From: an uncultured Planctomycetota bacterium
GTDB lineage: Bacteria > Planctomycetota > Planctomycetia > Isosphaerales > Isosphaeraceae
DNA: 64,000 nt
Direction of reading: 5' to 3'
Assembly: GCA_963845755.1 (NCBI GenBank)
Contig: CAWJTV010000015.1
Location: 64,001 to 128,000, forward strand
The translations under genes and the position numbers were made by a program. Of the stretch, positions 11,520 through 22,493 are shown piece after piece (the first letter of the stretch is position 1; every line of letters starts with the position of its first letter). Below the pieces are notes generated by a model. That model was not told the DNA's origin. It did not search any database and saw only the letters and a program-made list of their open reading frames with translations.

Positions 11520-12194
11520 ATGAGCGCGAGATCCTTTCCCTTCAACCGGCATTCGGCCACCCTCTCCCTGATGGAGCGAGGGAGGAGATGGCTCGCGTTC
11601 GGCCTCGCCTTATTCGTGCTCGGTGGCTGCCGTAGCGAGATGTATGAACAGCCCCGCTACGAGCCCCTGGAGCCGAGCACGTTCTTCGAGGACGGCGCGT
11701 CGGCGCGACCGCTGGTCGCCGGGACAGTACCTCGCGACGACCCGCGCGGCGGACCGCCGGCCGGGGCCGCGGAGGATGTGTTTTACACGGGGTGGTCGCA
11801 AGGCAAGCTTGCCGAGACGGTGCCGTTCCCCGTCGATCGCGCAGTCCTCGATCGTGGGCAAGATCGCTTCCGGATCTACTGCACTCCCTGCCACGGCGAG
11901 TCGGGCGACGGCCGTGGCATGATCGTCCGAAGGGGTTTCACTCCGCCGCCGCCGTATTCGAGTGAAGAGCTGCGCAAGCAACCCATCGGCCACTACTTCG
12001 ACGTGATGACGCGCGGTTACGGGACCATGTATTCCTACGCGTCCCGGGTCCCGCCCCGCGACCGCTGGGCGATCGCGGCCTACATCCGGGTGCTCCAGTT
12101 GAGCCAGCACGCCGAGGTCGGCAAGCTTCCGGAAGAGGACCGGAACCGGCTCCCCGCGCAGGATGAGAGTACCACCGGGAGGGTTCAGCCATGA
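11520..12194 (+). CDS. actE: ACIII monoheme cytochrome c lipoprotein
   Basis: Lipobox LGGC, MYEQPRYEP, CTPCH, DRWAIAAYIRVLQLSQ. Confidence 0.93.
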   Translation: MSARSFPFNRHSATLSLMERGRRWLAFGLALFVLGGCRSEMYEQPRYEPLEPSTFFEDGASARPLVAGTVPRDDPRGGPPAGAAEDVFYTGWSQGKLAETVPFPVDRAVLDRGQDRFRIYCTPCHGESGDGRGMIVRRGFTPPPPYSSEELRKQPIGHYFDVMTRGYGTMYSYASRVPPRDRWAIAAYIRVLQLSQHAEVGKLPEEDRNRLPAQDESTTGRVQP

Positions 12195-13397
12195 GTACCG
12201 GCCCGGACCGGATTGACGAGGCGCTTTCGGGCCCGGCTGGACGTGATCCAGTCGCGCGCGTGGGTGGCGGCTGGAGTGGGCCTGGCGATCAGCCTCTTCG
12301 GCTGTCTGATCTGGCCGAATCGGCTCCTCCCCTCCTACCTGGTCGCCTTTGTGTTCTGGGTGGGGATCGGCCTGGGCTGCCTGGGCCTGACGATGCTCCA
12401 TCATCTGGTCGGCGGCTCGTGGGGATTGATCGTCCGCCGGCCGATGGAAGCGGGCGGGACGGTGCTGTTGCCCCTGGCCGTGCTGTTCCTGCCGATCGCC
12501 CTGGGCCTGTCCTGGCTCTATCCCTGGGCGCGGACTGGCTTCGTGGCGGATGAGGCGACGCGGATGAAAGCCCATTACCTCAATCCCAGCTTCTTCCTGA
12601 TTCGGACCGCCCTGTACTTCGCGATCTGGGTCGGCTTCGCGTTCGTACTCCGGAGATTCTCAACCGAACAGGACCGGCGGAGCGACCATGCACCGAGCGG
12701 CTGGCTCCAGCGGATCAGCGGGCCTGGCCTGGCCCTCCTGTTCCTGACCGGGACGTTCGCGGCGATCGACTGGATGATGTCGCTGGAGCCGCACTGGTCC
12801 TCGACGGTCTACGGCGCGCTCGTGTGCGTGGCCGAGGCGCTGGCAACACTGGCCATGATGGTCGCCGTGGTGATCGGATTGTCCCACGCGAGGCCGATGG
12901 ACGAGGCCGCGACTTCCGACCGGCTGCACGACCTGGGCAATCTGATGCTGGCGTTCACCATGCTCTGGGCCTACATGTCGTTCGCCCAGTACCTGATCAT
13001 CTGGGCCGGCAATCTCCCCGAGGAGATCCCCTGGTATCTGCGACGGACCCGTGGCGGCTGGCAGTGGGTCGCGCTCAGCCTGGCCCTCTTCCATTTTTTC
13101 CTGCCGTTATTCGTACTACTGTTCCGCGAGACCAAGCGACAATCACGGCTGCTCTTGCGGGTGGCTTTCCTCGTGCTGGGCATGCACTGGCTCGACATGG
13201 TCTGGCTGATCGTTCCGGCTTCGTCCGACCCGGCCAGTCCGCGGTTCCCCTGGGTCGAGCTGCCGATGAGCCTGGTGGCGATGATCGGGATCGGGGGCGT
13301 CTGCGCGGCCAGGTTCGTCGGACAATTGAAGAGCATTCCCCTGATTCCCCTGAATGACCCGAGTCTGAACGAGGCCGTGGAACACGCCGGAGGGTGA
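12191..13397 (+). CDS. actF: ACIII membrane subunit F; frameshift near 12225
   Basis: DWMMSLEPHWSST, HDLGNLMLAF, WAYMSFAQYLIIW.GNLPEE; multiple TM helices. Confidence 0.92.
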
Positions 13398-13899
13398 CGA
13401 CCGTGGAAGACGCTCTGCCACAAGGTGTGCCGGCTTCCGGCGCGCGGCCCGGCCATGAGAGCAATCGGCTCGGGCTGCGAGGCATCATCCTTTCCGTCGT
13501 GGTCCTGGTCGGCTCCGTCGTCCTGGTCGAGGCGGGGCTCGGCCTAGCAATGGGATGGTTCGCACAGAAGGAGAAACCGGCGGATGCGCTCCATCCTGGC
13601 CGGCGTGCGATCGAGGTCGATCAGTTCCCGGACCCCCGGCTCCAGAAGAATCCCTCGGATGACCTGGCTCGGATGAGAGTGGAGGAACAGCGACGGATCA
13701 CGAGCTATGGATGGGTCGATCGCAAGGCCGGCATCGCTCGCATCCCCGTCGATCGGGCGATGGAGATCCTCGCCACCTCCGGCCTTCCCAAGGTTGCCGC
13801 GCCGCGCCCGTACCGGGCGCCCCTCCGAATACCTCGATCCCCCCGGGGACCAAGCGAGACGAACCGCGGCCTGATGCGAAGCAGGGTGAGAAGCCATGA
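13394..13899 (+). CDS. actG: ACIII small subunit G-like protein; frameshift near 13810
   Basis: Single TM helix, then FPDPRLQ..YGWVDRKAGIARIPVDRAM; located after actF. Confidence 0.75.
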
Positions 13900-14807
13900 A
13901 ACCGGCGCGGTCGTTCCTGATGTGGATCGTGCTCGTGTCCGTCCTCAGCGCGGGCTTCCCCGCATTCGTGCGCGCGCAGCAAAGATTGAAAACCCCTGGC
14001 GGCAGCGTCGTGAGCGAAGTCGGCTTCGACCAGAAGCTGGGCATCCGGCTGCCGCTCGACATCCGCTTCCGCGACGATTCCGGCCGCGATCTGGCCCTGG
14101 GCGAGCTTTTCGGTTCTCGTCCCGTGATCCTGGTGCCGGTCTACTATCGATGCCCGCTGCTCTGCAACCAACTCCTGAACGGCCTGACCCGCAGCCTGAA
14201 ACCGTTGTCGCTCGATGCCGGCAAGGATTTCGACGTCGTGGCGTTCAGCATCGATCCGGCAGAAACGCCCGAGCTGGCAGGAAAGAAGAAGGCCAACTAC
14301 CTCGAGCGTTACGACCGCACCGGGAGCGAATCGGGCTGGCACTTCCTCACCGGCGAAGCCTCGTCGATCGAGGCACTCACCCGGACGATCGGGTTCCGAT
14401 ACACCTACAACCCCGAGACCAAGCTGTATGCCCACGCCGCCGGGGTGGTCGTCGTGACGTCCGACGGGCGGATCGCCCGTTATGTCTTCGGCATCGATCT
14501 CCCGGCCAGGGAACTCCAGTACGAGCTCGAACGGGCGAGCAAGGGACAGATCGGCTCGCCGATCGGCCGGTTACTCCTGTTCTGCTACGACTACGACGCG
14601 GCGACCGGCAAGTACACACTTTCGATCGTGCGCCTGACCCGCGTCCTCGGGACTGCGACGGCCCTGGCGCTGGGCACTTACCTGTTCATCATGTTCCGGC
14701 GCGAGCGCCGCGGGATACGGGCCTCGCGTCGAGGGGATCCGGATGGGGACGACGGGCCGGAGCGGGAAGCCGAGGATCCGTTGATTCGCCCCGAATGGGA
14801 CCGCTGA
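13896..14807 (+). CDS. SCO1/SenC-family oxidase assembly protein
   Basis: VGFDQKLG, YYRCPLLC (CxxxC), WHFLTG, YAHAAG, LLFCYDYD. Confidence 0.92.
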   Translation: MKPARSFLMWIVLVSVLSAGFPAFVRAQQRLKTPGGSVVSEVGFDQKLGIRLPLDIRFRDDSGRDLALGELFGSRPVILVPVYYRCPLLCNQLLNGLTRSLKPLSLDAGKDFDVVAFSIDPAETPELAGKKKANYLERYDRTGSESGWHFLTGEASSIEALTRTIGFRYTYNPETKLYAHAAGVVVVTSDGRIARYVFGIDLPARELQYELERASKGQIGSPIGRLLLFCYDYDAATGKYTLSIVRLTRVLGTATALALGTYLFIMFRRERRGIRASRRGDPDGDDGPEREAEDPLIRPEWDR

Positions 14808-14820
14808 GGAATTCCAAGAT

Positions 14821-15770
14821 ATGTGGAATTTTCCCCTATTACCCGATCAGGCGTCGACCGAGGCACAGCAGCTCGATGCGCTGTTCTTGTTCGAATTGGT
14901 GATCGCCGGGTTCTTCACGACGTTGATATTCATCCTGATCGTGTCGTTCGCGGTACGCTACCGCCGAGGGGCTCGGGCGGATCGTTCCAACCCGCCGGTC
15001 GCGAATCGGGGCATGGAAATCGTGTGGGTGGGCGTGCCGCTGCTCATCGGGCTGGTGATGTTCGCCTGGGGGGCGATCCTGTTCTATCGGCTGTACGATC
15101 CTCCTGCCGGGGCGCTTGAGGTTTATGTCGTGGGCAAGCAATGGATGTGGAAGGTGCAGCACTCCGAGGGTCGGGCCGAGATCAACGAGCTGCACGTGCC
15201 GCTCGGGCGGCCGATCAAGCTGACCATGACCTCGGAGGACGTGATCCACAGCTTCTACATCCCCGCATTCCGCGTGAAGCAGGACGTCCTGCCCGGTCGC
15301 CGCACGTCCATGTGGTTCAGGCCGACGCGCGTCGGCGCTATCATCTGTTCTGCGCCGAGTATTGCGGGACGAACCACTCGACCATGGGGGGGTGGGTCAA
15401 CGTCCTGGAACCGACCGACTTTCAGCAGTGGCTCTCCCAGGCGTCGGCCGGCCCATCGATGGCCGATCAGGGCGAACGCCTGTTCGTCCAGTACCATTGC
15501 GCCGGTTGCCATCTAGGCAGTCAGACCGTCCATGCCCCCCGCCTGGAGGGCGTATTCGGGCGGCCGGTTCCGATCCAGCAGGGCAACGACGTCCGGTTCA
15601 CCTTGGCCGACGAGCGCTATGTCCGCGACTCGATCCTCCGCCCCAAGCAGGAAGTCGTGGCCGGGTACCAGCCGCTCATGCCCTCCTTCGAGGGCCAGAT
15701 CAATGAATCCGATCTATTCAAGATTATTGCATATATTAAATCAATCGGGGCAAAGGAGGCGACTCGATGA
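14821..15770 (+). CDS. coxB: caa3-type cytochrome c oxidase subunit II with fused cytochrome c; frameshift near 15337
   Basis: [15 protein letters not shown], CuA motif [13 protein letters not shown]-terminal CAGCH heme and MPSF. Confidence 0.95.
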
Positions 15771-17417
15771 GCGCCGCGGTGGTCGAATTCCAGGAGAGTG
15801 AAGATTATCTCCGGGCGTATACGCTGAAGTCGTGGCTGCTGACGACCGACCACAAGCGGATCGGGCTGCTGTACATGGCCTCGATCACGCTCTTCTTCTT
15901 CATCGGCGGTGCCGCGGCCACGGTGATGCGGCTGGAGTTGATGACGCCCAAGGGCGACGTCTTGTTCTCGCCGGATGCCTACAACCGCCTCTTCACGATG
16001 CACGGCGTGGTGATGATCTTCTTCTTCCTGATCCCGTCGATCCCGGCGGTGCTGGGCAACTTCCTGATCCCGCTCATGATCGGCGCCCGAGACCTCGCCT
16101 TCCCGATCCTGAACTTGATGAGCTGGTACATCTACATGATTGGCGGGTCGATCGCACTGTGGATTCTCATCTTCGGCGGCGTCGATACGGGGTGGACGTT
16201 CTACACGCCGTTCTCGACGATGTTCTCGAATACGATGGTGGTGCCGGCGGCGGCGGCGGTGTTCATCACGGGCTTCTCGTCGATCCTGACGGGCATGAAC
16301 TTCATCGTGACGGTGCACACGATGCGGGCGCCGGGGATGACGTGGTTCCGGCTGCCCTTGTTCGTCTGGGCGTTGTACGCGACCAGCCTGATCATGGTGC
16401 TGGGGACCCCGGTGCTGGCCATCACGGTCGCGCTGGTGGCCGTCGAGCGACTGCTCCACGTGGGGATCTTCGATCCGGGGTTGGGGGGCGACCCGATCCT
16501 GTTCCAGCACCTTTTCTGGTTCTACTCGCACCCGGCCGTCTACATCATGGTGCTGCCGGGCATGGGCGTGGTCGCCGAGATCGTCCCGTGTTTCGCGCGA
16601 CGGCCGATTTTCGGCTATCGCTTCATCGCCTACTCGAGCATCGCCATCGCGGTCCTGAGCTTCCTGGTCTGGGGCCACCACATGTTCGTCACCGGCCAGT
16701 CGATGTACGCCGGGATGATCTTCTCGATCTTCAGCTTCCTGGTGGCGGTCCCCTCGGCGATCAAGGTCTTCAACTGGACGGCGACCATGTACAAGGGCTC
16801 GATCCGGCTGGACACGCCGATGCTCTATGCCCTGGGCTTCATCGGGCTGTTCACCCTGGGCGGGCTTGACCGGCCTGATGCTGGCCACGCTGGCGATCGA
16901 CGTGCACGTGCACGACACATACTTCATCGTGGCCCATTTCCACTACATCATGGTCGGCGGCGCCGTGATGGCGTACATGGGCGGGATCCACTTCTGGTGG
17001 CCCAAGCTGAGCGGGCGGATGTACCCCGAGCTCATGGGCAAGCTCTCGGCACTGCTGGTCTTCATCGGCTTCAACCTGACCTTCTTCCCGCAGTTTGTGC
17101 TGGGCTACCTGGGGATGCCGCGGCGCTATTACGAGTACCCGCCGGAGTATCAGGTCTTGAACGTGATGTCAACGGCCGGTGCATCGATCCTGGCGGTCGG
17201 CTACGTGTTGCCGCTGGCCTACCTGCTGCTCTCGCTACGTAAGCCGCCGAACGCCGGTCCCAACCCGTGGGGCGCGACTGGCCTGGAGTGGCAGACCAGC
17301 TCGCCGCCCCCGGTGCATAACTTCGATGAGCCCGTCGTCGTGACAACGGAACCCTATGCCTATTCTCCTGAAGGAGCCGAGGTCATCGATGGAAACCGTA
17401 GCGACCCATCGCGGTGA
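15767..17417 (+). CDS. coxA: Cytochrome c oxidase subunit I, type A2; frameshift near 16865
   Basis: [50 protein letters not shown]. Confidence 0.96.
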
Positions 17418-18115
17418 GGGCGGCCTCGCGCACTCCTCATCCGACAATGACACGATCCTGGAGGTGCAGTTCGACGATCTCGAGCAGCAGCACGAAGCTT
17501 CGACGATCGGCATGTGGCTGTTCCTGGCGACCGAGGTCATGTTCTTCGGCGGCCTGATCACGGCTTATGCGGTTTACCGGTTCAACTGCCCCCAGAGAAG
17601 TCGCCCTGGCCAGCGAACACATGAAGGTCTGGCTGGGATTTGCCAATACCGTGATCCTCCTGGGTAGTAGCTTGACGATGGCCCTGGCCGTCCGCGCCGC
17701 CCAGTTGCGTGCCCACCGCGATCTGCTGCTCTACCTGGGGCTGACCATGGCCCTGGGCTCGTTATTCCTGGGCGTCAAGGCGTACGAGTACAGCGAGGAG
17801 TATCACGAGAAGCTAATACCCGGCTGGAACTTCGAGGTCCCGGAGAAGAACCGCACCGAGGTCCAGCAGGAGGACTTGAGTCCGAGGAGGATGGAGATGT
17901 TCTTTGTCCTTTACTTCTTCATGACAGGCTTGCACGCCATCCACCTGATCATCGGCATCGGCCTGGTGGGCGTGATGATGTATCTCTCGTGGCGGAGCTG
18001 GTTCTCCGGCGGAGGCGCCACGCAGATCGAGGTGGCCGGGCTGTACTGGCACTTCATCGATATCGTGTGGGTCTTCTTGTATCCGATGCTCTATCTGATT
18101 GATGTACACTCATGA
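17389..18115 (+). CDS. coxC: Cytochrome c oxidase subunit III; frameshift near 17590
   Basis: [40 protein letters not shown]. Confidence 0.93.
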
Positions 18116-18411
18116 GCCAGCATATCACGTCCGTCCGGACCTACTTCACGGTGTTCATCGCACTCAACGTCCTCCTGGTCACCACGGTCGCGGCGGCGTA
18201 TCTCCCGCTGGGCGACTGGCATTTCCCGATCGCCATGATATTTGCCGTGGCCAAGGCCGTGCTGATCGTGCTGTTCTTCATGCACGTCCTGCACAGTCAC
18301 CGCCTCACGATGATCATCGCGGTCGCCGGGTTCCTCTGGCTGGGGATCATGCTCGCGCTGACCTTGAGCGATTACCTTTCCCGGGACGCGCTCCGTATCC
18401 CGGGCAAGTGA
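18112..18411 (+). CDS. coxD: caa3 oxidase subunit IV
   Basis: Three TM helices, KAVLIVLFFMHV, DYLSR. Confidence 0.88.
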   Translation: MSQHITSVRTYFTVFIALNVLLVTTVAAAYLPLGDWHFPIAMIFAVAKAVLIVLFFMHVLHSHRLTMIIAVAGFLWLGIMLALTLSDYLSRDALRIPGK

Positions 18412-18576
18412 GCGGCCGGCCCCCCTGGGTTCCTCGCGGCGTTGCAAGTTCGCCGCGTGGATGTCAGACTCGGAGATGACGGCGAGGTCTCCTCCTGGCA
18501 TCAGAGAACGTGGAGATACGATGCGCCACACGATCTCGCTCATGACGATCGTCGTGTTGTCGGCGGTCCCGGTGTA

Positions 18577-19838
18577 TGAGGTGGACCCCAAAAACTGGAC
18601 CACTCGGGATGTTAAACTGATCAGAGATCACTGTTCCATCCCGAGGAGCATCATGACAGGCACACGAACGCGACATCCGGCAGCCTTCCGGGCTCGGGTC
18701 GCTCTGGAGGCCGCCAAGCCGACCAAGACCCTGGCCGAGCTGTCCACGACCTTTCACGTCCACTCGGTCCAGATCAGCCAGTGGAAGAAGCAACTCCTGG
18801 ACGGGATCGAGTCCCTCTTCCAGGACGGACGCCGCCGCGACCACGACGAGAGCCAGGCGATCCAGGCCGAGCTGTACGAGCAGATCGGCCGGCTCAAGAT
18901 GGAGGTCGAGTGGTTGAAAAAAAAAGCTGCCCGCGGCGGCTGACCTCAAGCGGCCCCTGATCGATCCATCCGATAGTCATCTGAGCATCCGTAGACAATG
19001 CGAACTGCTGGGTCTCAACCGATCGAGCTACTATCTCCCACCGGCTGTCGAGTCGGAGGAGAACCTGCGCGTGATGCGGCTGATCGACGAGCAGTTCCTC
19101 AAAACCCCGTTCTACGGCAGCCGGCGGATGACGGCGATTTTGGAGCGTTCTGGGGAGACGGTCAATCGCAAGCGGGTCCAGCGACTCATGGCTTTGATGG
19201 GCCTGGAGGCGCTCTTCCCCAGGCCGCGGACCACCACCATCGCATCGGACGCGCGGGTCTACCCGTACTTGCTCCGCGATCGGGTGCTGACCCACGTCAA
19301 CGAGGTCTGGAGTTCAGACATCACATATATTCCGATGCGTCATGGTTTCATGTACCTGACGGCGGTGATCGACTGGTTCAGCCGGTATGTGCTCTCGTGG
19401 CGGCTGTCGAATACACTGGAGGGGCGATTCTGCCTGGAGGCCCTCGACGAGGCGTTGTCGCTGGGCCGGCCGGAGATCTTCAACACCGACCAGGGGTCCC
19501 AGTTCACGGCGCAGGAGTACACCAGCCGCCTGGAGGAGGCCGGGATCGCGGTGAGCCGGGACGGTCGGGGGCGGGCGTTGGACAACGTGTTCGTGGAGCG
19601 GCTGTGGAGGAGTGTAAAATACGAAGACATATACATCAAAGAGTATGAACGAGTTCCAGAGCTAGAGTCGGGCTTGAGGTCCTACTTCTGGTTCTACGAT
19701 GAGGAGCGTCCCCATCAATCACTCGATTACCGGACCCCAGGCGAGGTCCATCGGGCCGGGTTAAACGGAGGGCTGAAGGGGGAAAAGCCTTAACAAATGC
19801 AGGTGGCCTGAGTGGTCCACCTTTTGGGGTCCACTATA
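18577..19838 (+). mobile_element. IS3-family insertion sequence, 1262 bp
   Basis: IRL TGAGGTGGACCCCAAAAACTGGACCACTC versus reverse-complemented IRR TATAGTGGACCCCAAAAGGTGGACCACTC; GTA duplication at 18574-76 and 19839-41. Confidence 0.95.
18653..19793 (+). CDS. IS3 transposase OrfA/OrfB with programmed -1 frameshift
   Basis: OrfA HTH (QISQWKKQLL..LYEQIGRLKME), A9G slippery run at 18917-18926, OrfB DDE motifs WSSDITY, NTDQGSQF, DNVFVERLW. Confidence 0.95.
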
Positions 19839-20732
19839 GTATGCCCAATCTTCGCAGAAGCCGGTGGCCGGCGGCCGGGTCAATCAGTTGAAGGTGTTCT
19901 CCGATAAGATCGACGACGTGACGACTGTCGAGAACATCGTCAAGTCGTTCGTCACGCCCCGGATGAGCGAACAGGATCGGAGCAAGGCACTCTGGACGGC
20001 GATCGTCAAGTACCGGCATCAGACGACACCGCCCAACGAGCACATCGCGGGCGACTGGGAAGCCCACGACCCCGTGAAGATCTTCAACGTCTACGGCTAT
20101 TGCATGTGCTGCTGCTGTTCGGCGATGGTCGAGGCCCTCAATCGAGAGGACGGCCGCGAGACCCGCGGGCGGATACTGAACGGTCACAGCGTTCCCGAGG
20201 TTCAGTATCGCAACGGCTGGCACATGTTCGACACGTCGCTGATCACGTTCTTCCCCCGGCCGGAAGATGGCATGATCGCCTCGGTCGACGAGATCTCCGC
20301 GTCGATCGCCGACTGGTACACCAAGCACCCGGGTTATCGGAAGAACGGCGACAAGTTCCTCCAGTTGATGCGCAAGGACGGATGGATGGGTTGGAAGGCG
20401 GAGGGGCCGCGACTCCTGGCGCACTGCCCGTACTACCGCATGGGCTACCTTCCCGCCCGGACCCACGGCTGGGACGCGACGATGTCCGAATATGATCGCC
20501 AGTGCGAGGTCTACGAGTACGGCTACCACGTCGGTCACAAGGCGTTGTTCTCCTTGCGGCCAGGCGAGTCGTTCGTCCGCGAGGCGGGCAACCGCGGTCT
20601 GCACATCAACATGGAGGTCGATCCGAACTGGGACGGTCTGAAGGCCAGGGCACCCGAGAACGACCTGGTCTACCTCAAGGAGTTCTTCCCCGGCTATCGC
20701 GGCGGCGTGGCGGCCAACGGCTTCTCCGAAAC

Positions 20733-21630
20733 TCAAGGGGCGCTGCCGATCGGCCAAGTCAGGAGACGTCTCGTTGTTGGACCGGCATAGAACAGGGATT
20801 CGTCGTCGTACCACCTATCCAGCTCCCACCGCTGGTTCGAGAGATTTCGGTTGAGTACATAACCATGGTCGAGACCCCCGGGAAGCTCGATTCTCAGGCA
20901 GTTCTCGGAGACTCTAACTTGGCTCGTGCGGAGTCGTCGCATCGCTGGCGTGTTTAACAATGGTTCCGGGACGTTCCCACTAAGACGCCCGGCTGGAGAC
21001 TCAAGGAGGCTCACGCATTCCACACCGAGACGAGTGAGGCCGATCTCGCTTTCGAGTTGTCTCCATCCGACATCGACAGCCGTCCAGAAGGAAAAGCTGC
21101 AGGGGATGGCCAGAAGGAGTAGTCCGAACGACGCCACAGATCGATAGGAACGCCTGGATCTCCTGATGCTTTGGTCGATCATGTCCACGAAGGAGACCAG
21201 GACCAAGGCCAAGCTCAACAGAAACAAGACGAGGAAGATGAGTTGCGAATATCGGCGCAAGAAACCCCCGACAGCCGACATCCCATCCGGCCACTGGCAC
21301 GACGACTGCGTAGCATGGTCCGAACAGCAGTAAAGCACGGCTAATCCCTTCTTCCGTCGAATCACGATCGTCCAAGCCAGGCACCGGTCGAGGGGCACGC
21401 TGGCGGGTGAGTAACCGTCCGATTCCCGGATTGATGATCAGCCATAGGAAGGCTTCGACTTCAACGCAATGGGCGGCGAGCGATCCGAGGAGAAGGACGA
21501 TGTACGGTCGCCGCTCGGGAATCTCCCGCAACTCCGTCCCATAGAGGGCCATCGGGAAGGCGAGGATCGCGATCGAAACCAACAACTGAGTCAGCGTCAC
21601 CCGTGGCCACAGCCAATGTCGGTGAGGCAT
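20733..21630 (-). CDS. Hypothetical membrane protein, frameshifted
   Basis: Starts MPHRHWLWPRVTLTQLLVSIAILA and continues in ORF 20733..21398 with TM segments. Confidence 0.5.
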
Positions 21631-21638
21631 GCAACTTG

Positions 21639-22471
21639 TCACTCCTTCAACGGCAGGATCTCCACCTTGCGGAACTCGATCGGGTGGCTCTCGGCCTGAA
21701 GTGAGATGCTGCCTCCGCTGAGCATTTTGTCGCCGTTCTTGATCAGCCGGCGGCCGTCGGCCTCGCTGATCGTCGAGCTGGGCCTTCTCGTATTCGATGA
21801 CGGTCTCGCCGTTGACGATGTGCTTGATGACGCCGTTGCCGTGGACCTCCGCTTCCACCGTGACCCACTGGTCGCCGTGATAGGTCTTCGCCTTCGAGTC
21901 GGTGCAGTGCTCCGTGATCAGCTTGCCGCCCATCACGATGTTCGTGCCGGGCGTGCAGACGTTCGCCGTCGATCGCTTGTTGCGGCCGTTGCCTCCGAGG
22001 AACTGGACCTCGATCGAGACCGGGAATTCCTGGTCTTTTCGCATGCTCTCGGGTGGCTGTCCGTGGATCATCACACCACTGTTTCGCAAGGCCCAGCCCG
22101 GACCGCCGCGGCACTGGTCGCCGACGAACCGATACTCGATGCGCAGCCGGTAGTGGGAGAACGGCGTCTTGTAGAAGAGATGGCCGAACTTGCCGTCGAA
22201 CTTGGGGTACTTGTCATAGGCGACCTTCAAGACCCCGTTCTCCACGCGGAACGTGTCGGCGTAGTTCTCGCCGAGCGGATAGCCCGTGATCTTGGGCGTC
22301 CAGCCGTCGAGGTCCTTGCCGTTGAACAGCGCGATCCAGCCCGCTTCGGAAGACTTGTCCTGTCCCCGCGCGTCGATCGCGGCCAGTCCGAAGATGCCGA
22401 GAATCGCAGACAGGGCTGAGCGTGAAACCCAGCATCCGAGGAGCGGGTCGATTCGGGTTCGTGGCGATCAT
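21639..22471 (-). CDS. DUF1080 (3-keto-disaccharide hydrolase-like) secreted protein, frameshifted
   Basis: LFNGKDLDGW, FGHLFY, NSGVMIH, SIEVQFL, SLQAESHPIEFRKVEI across frames. Confidence 0.88.
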
Positions 22472-22493
22472 GTTGGCGTCCTCCTTCTTCGGG

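Larger units (their letters stand above)
18521..20790 (+). pseudogene. Secreted transglutaminase-like protein interrupted by IS3 and probably 3'-truncated
   Basis: Removing the IS and one GTA restores MRHTISLMTIVVLSAVPVYAQSSQKPVAGGR in frame with ORF 19864..20790, which has YGYCMCCCCS, HSVPEV and WHMFD. Confidence 0.75.

Noticed and set aside
13394..14902. 502-aa ORF treated as a single gene
   Set aside because: It is actG running out of frame over the SCO gene after an indel.
6385..18115. Programmed frameshifting in act/cox genes
   Set aside because: No consistent slippery sites, and similar indels occur across the whole window.
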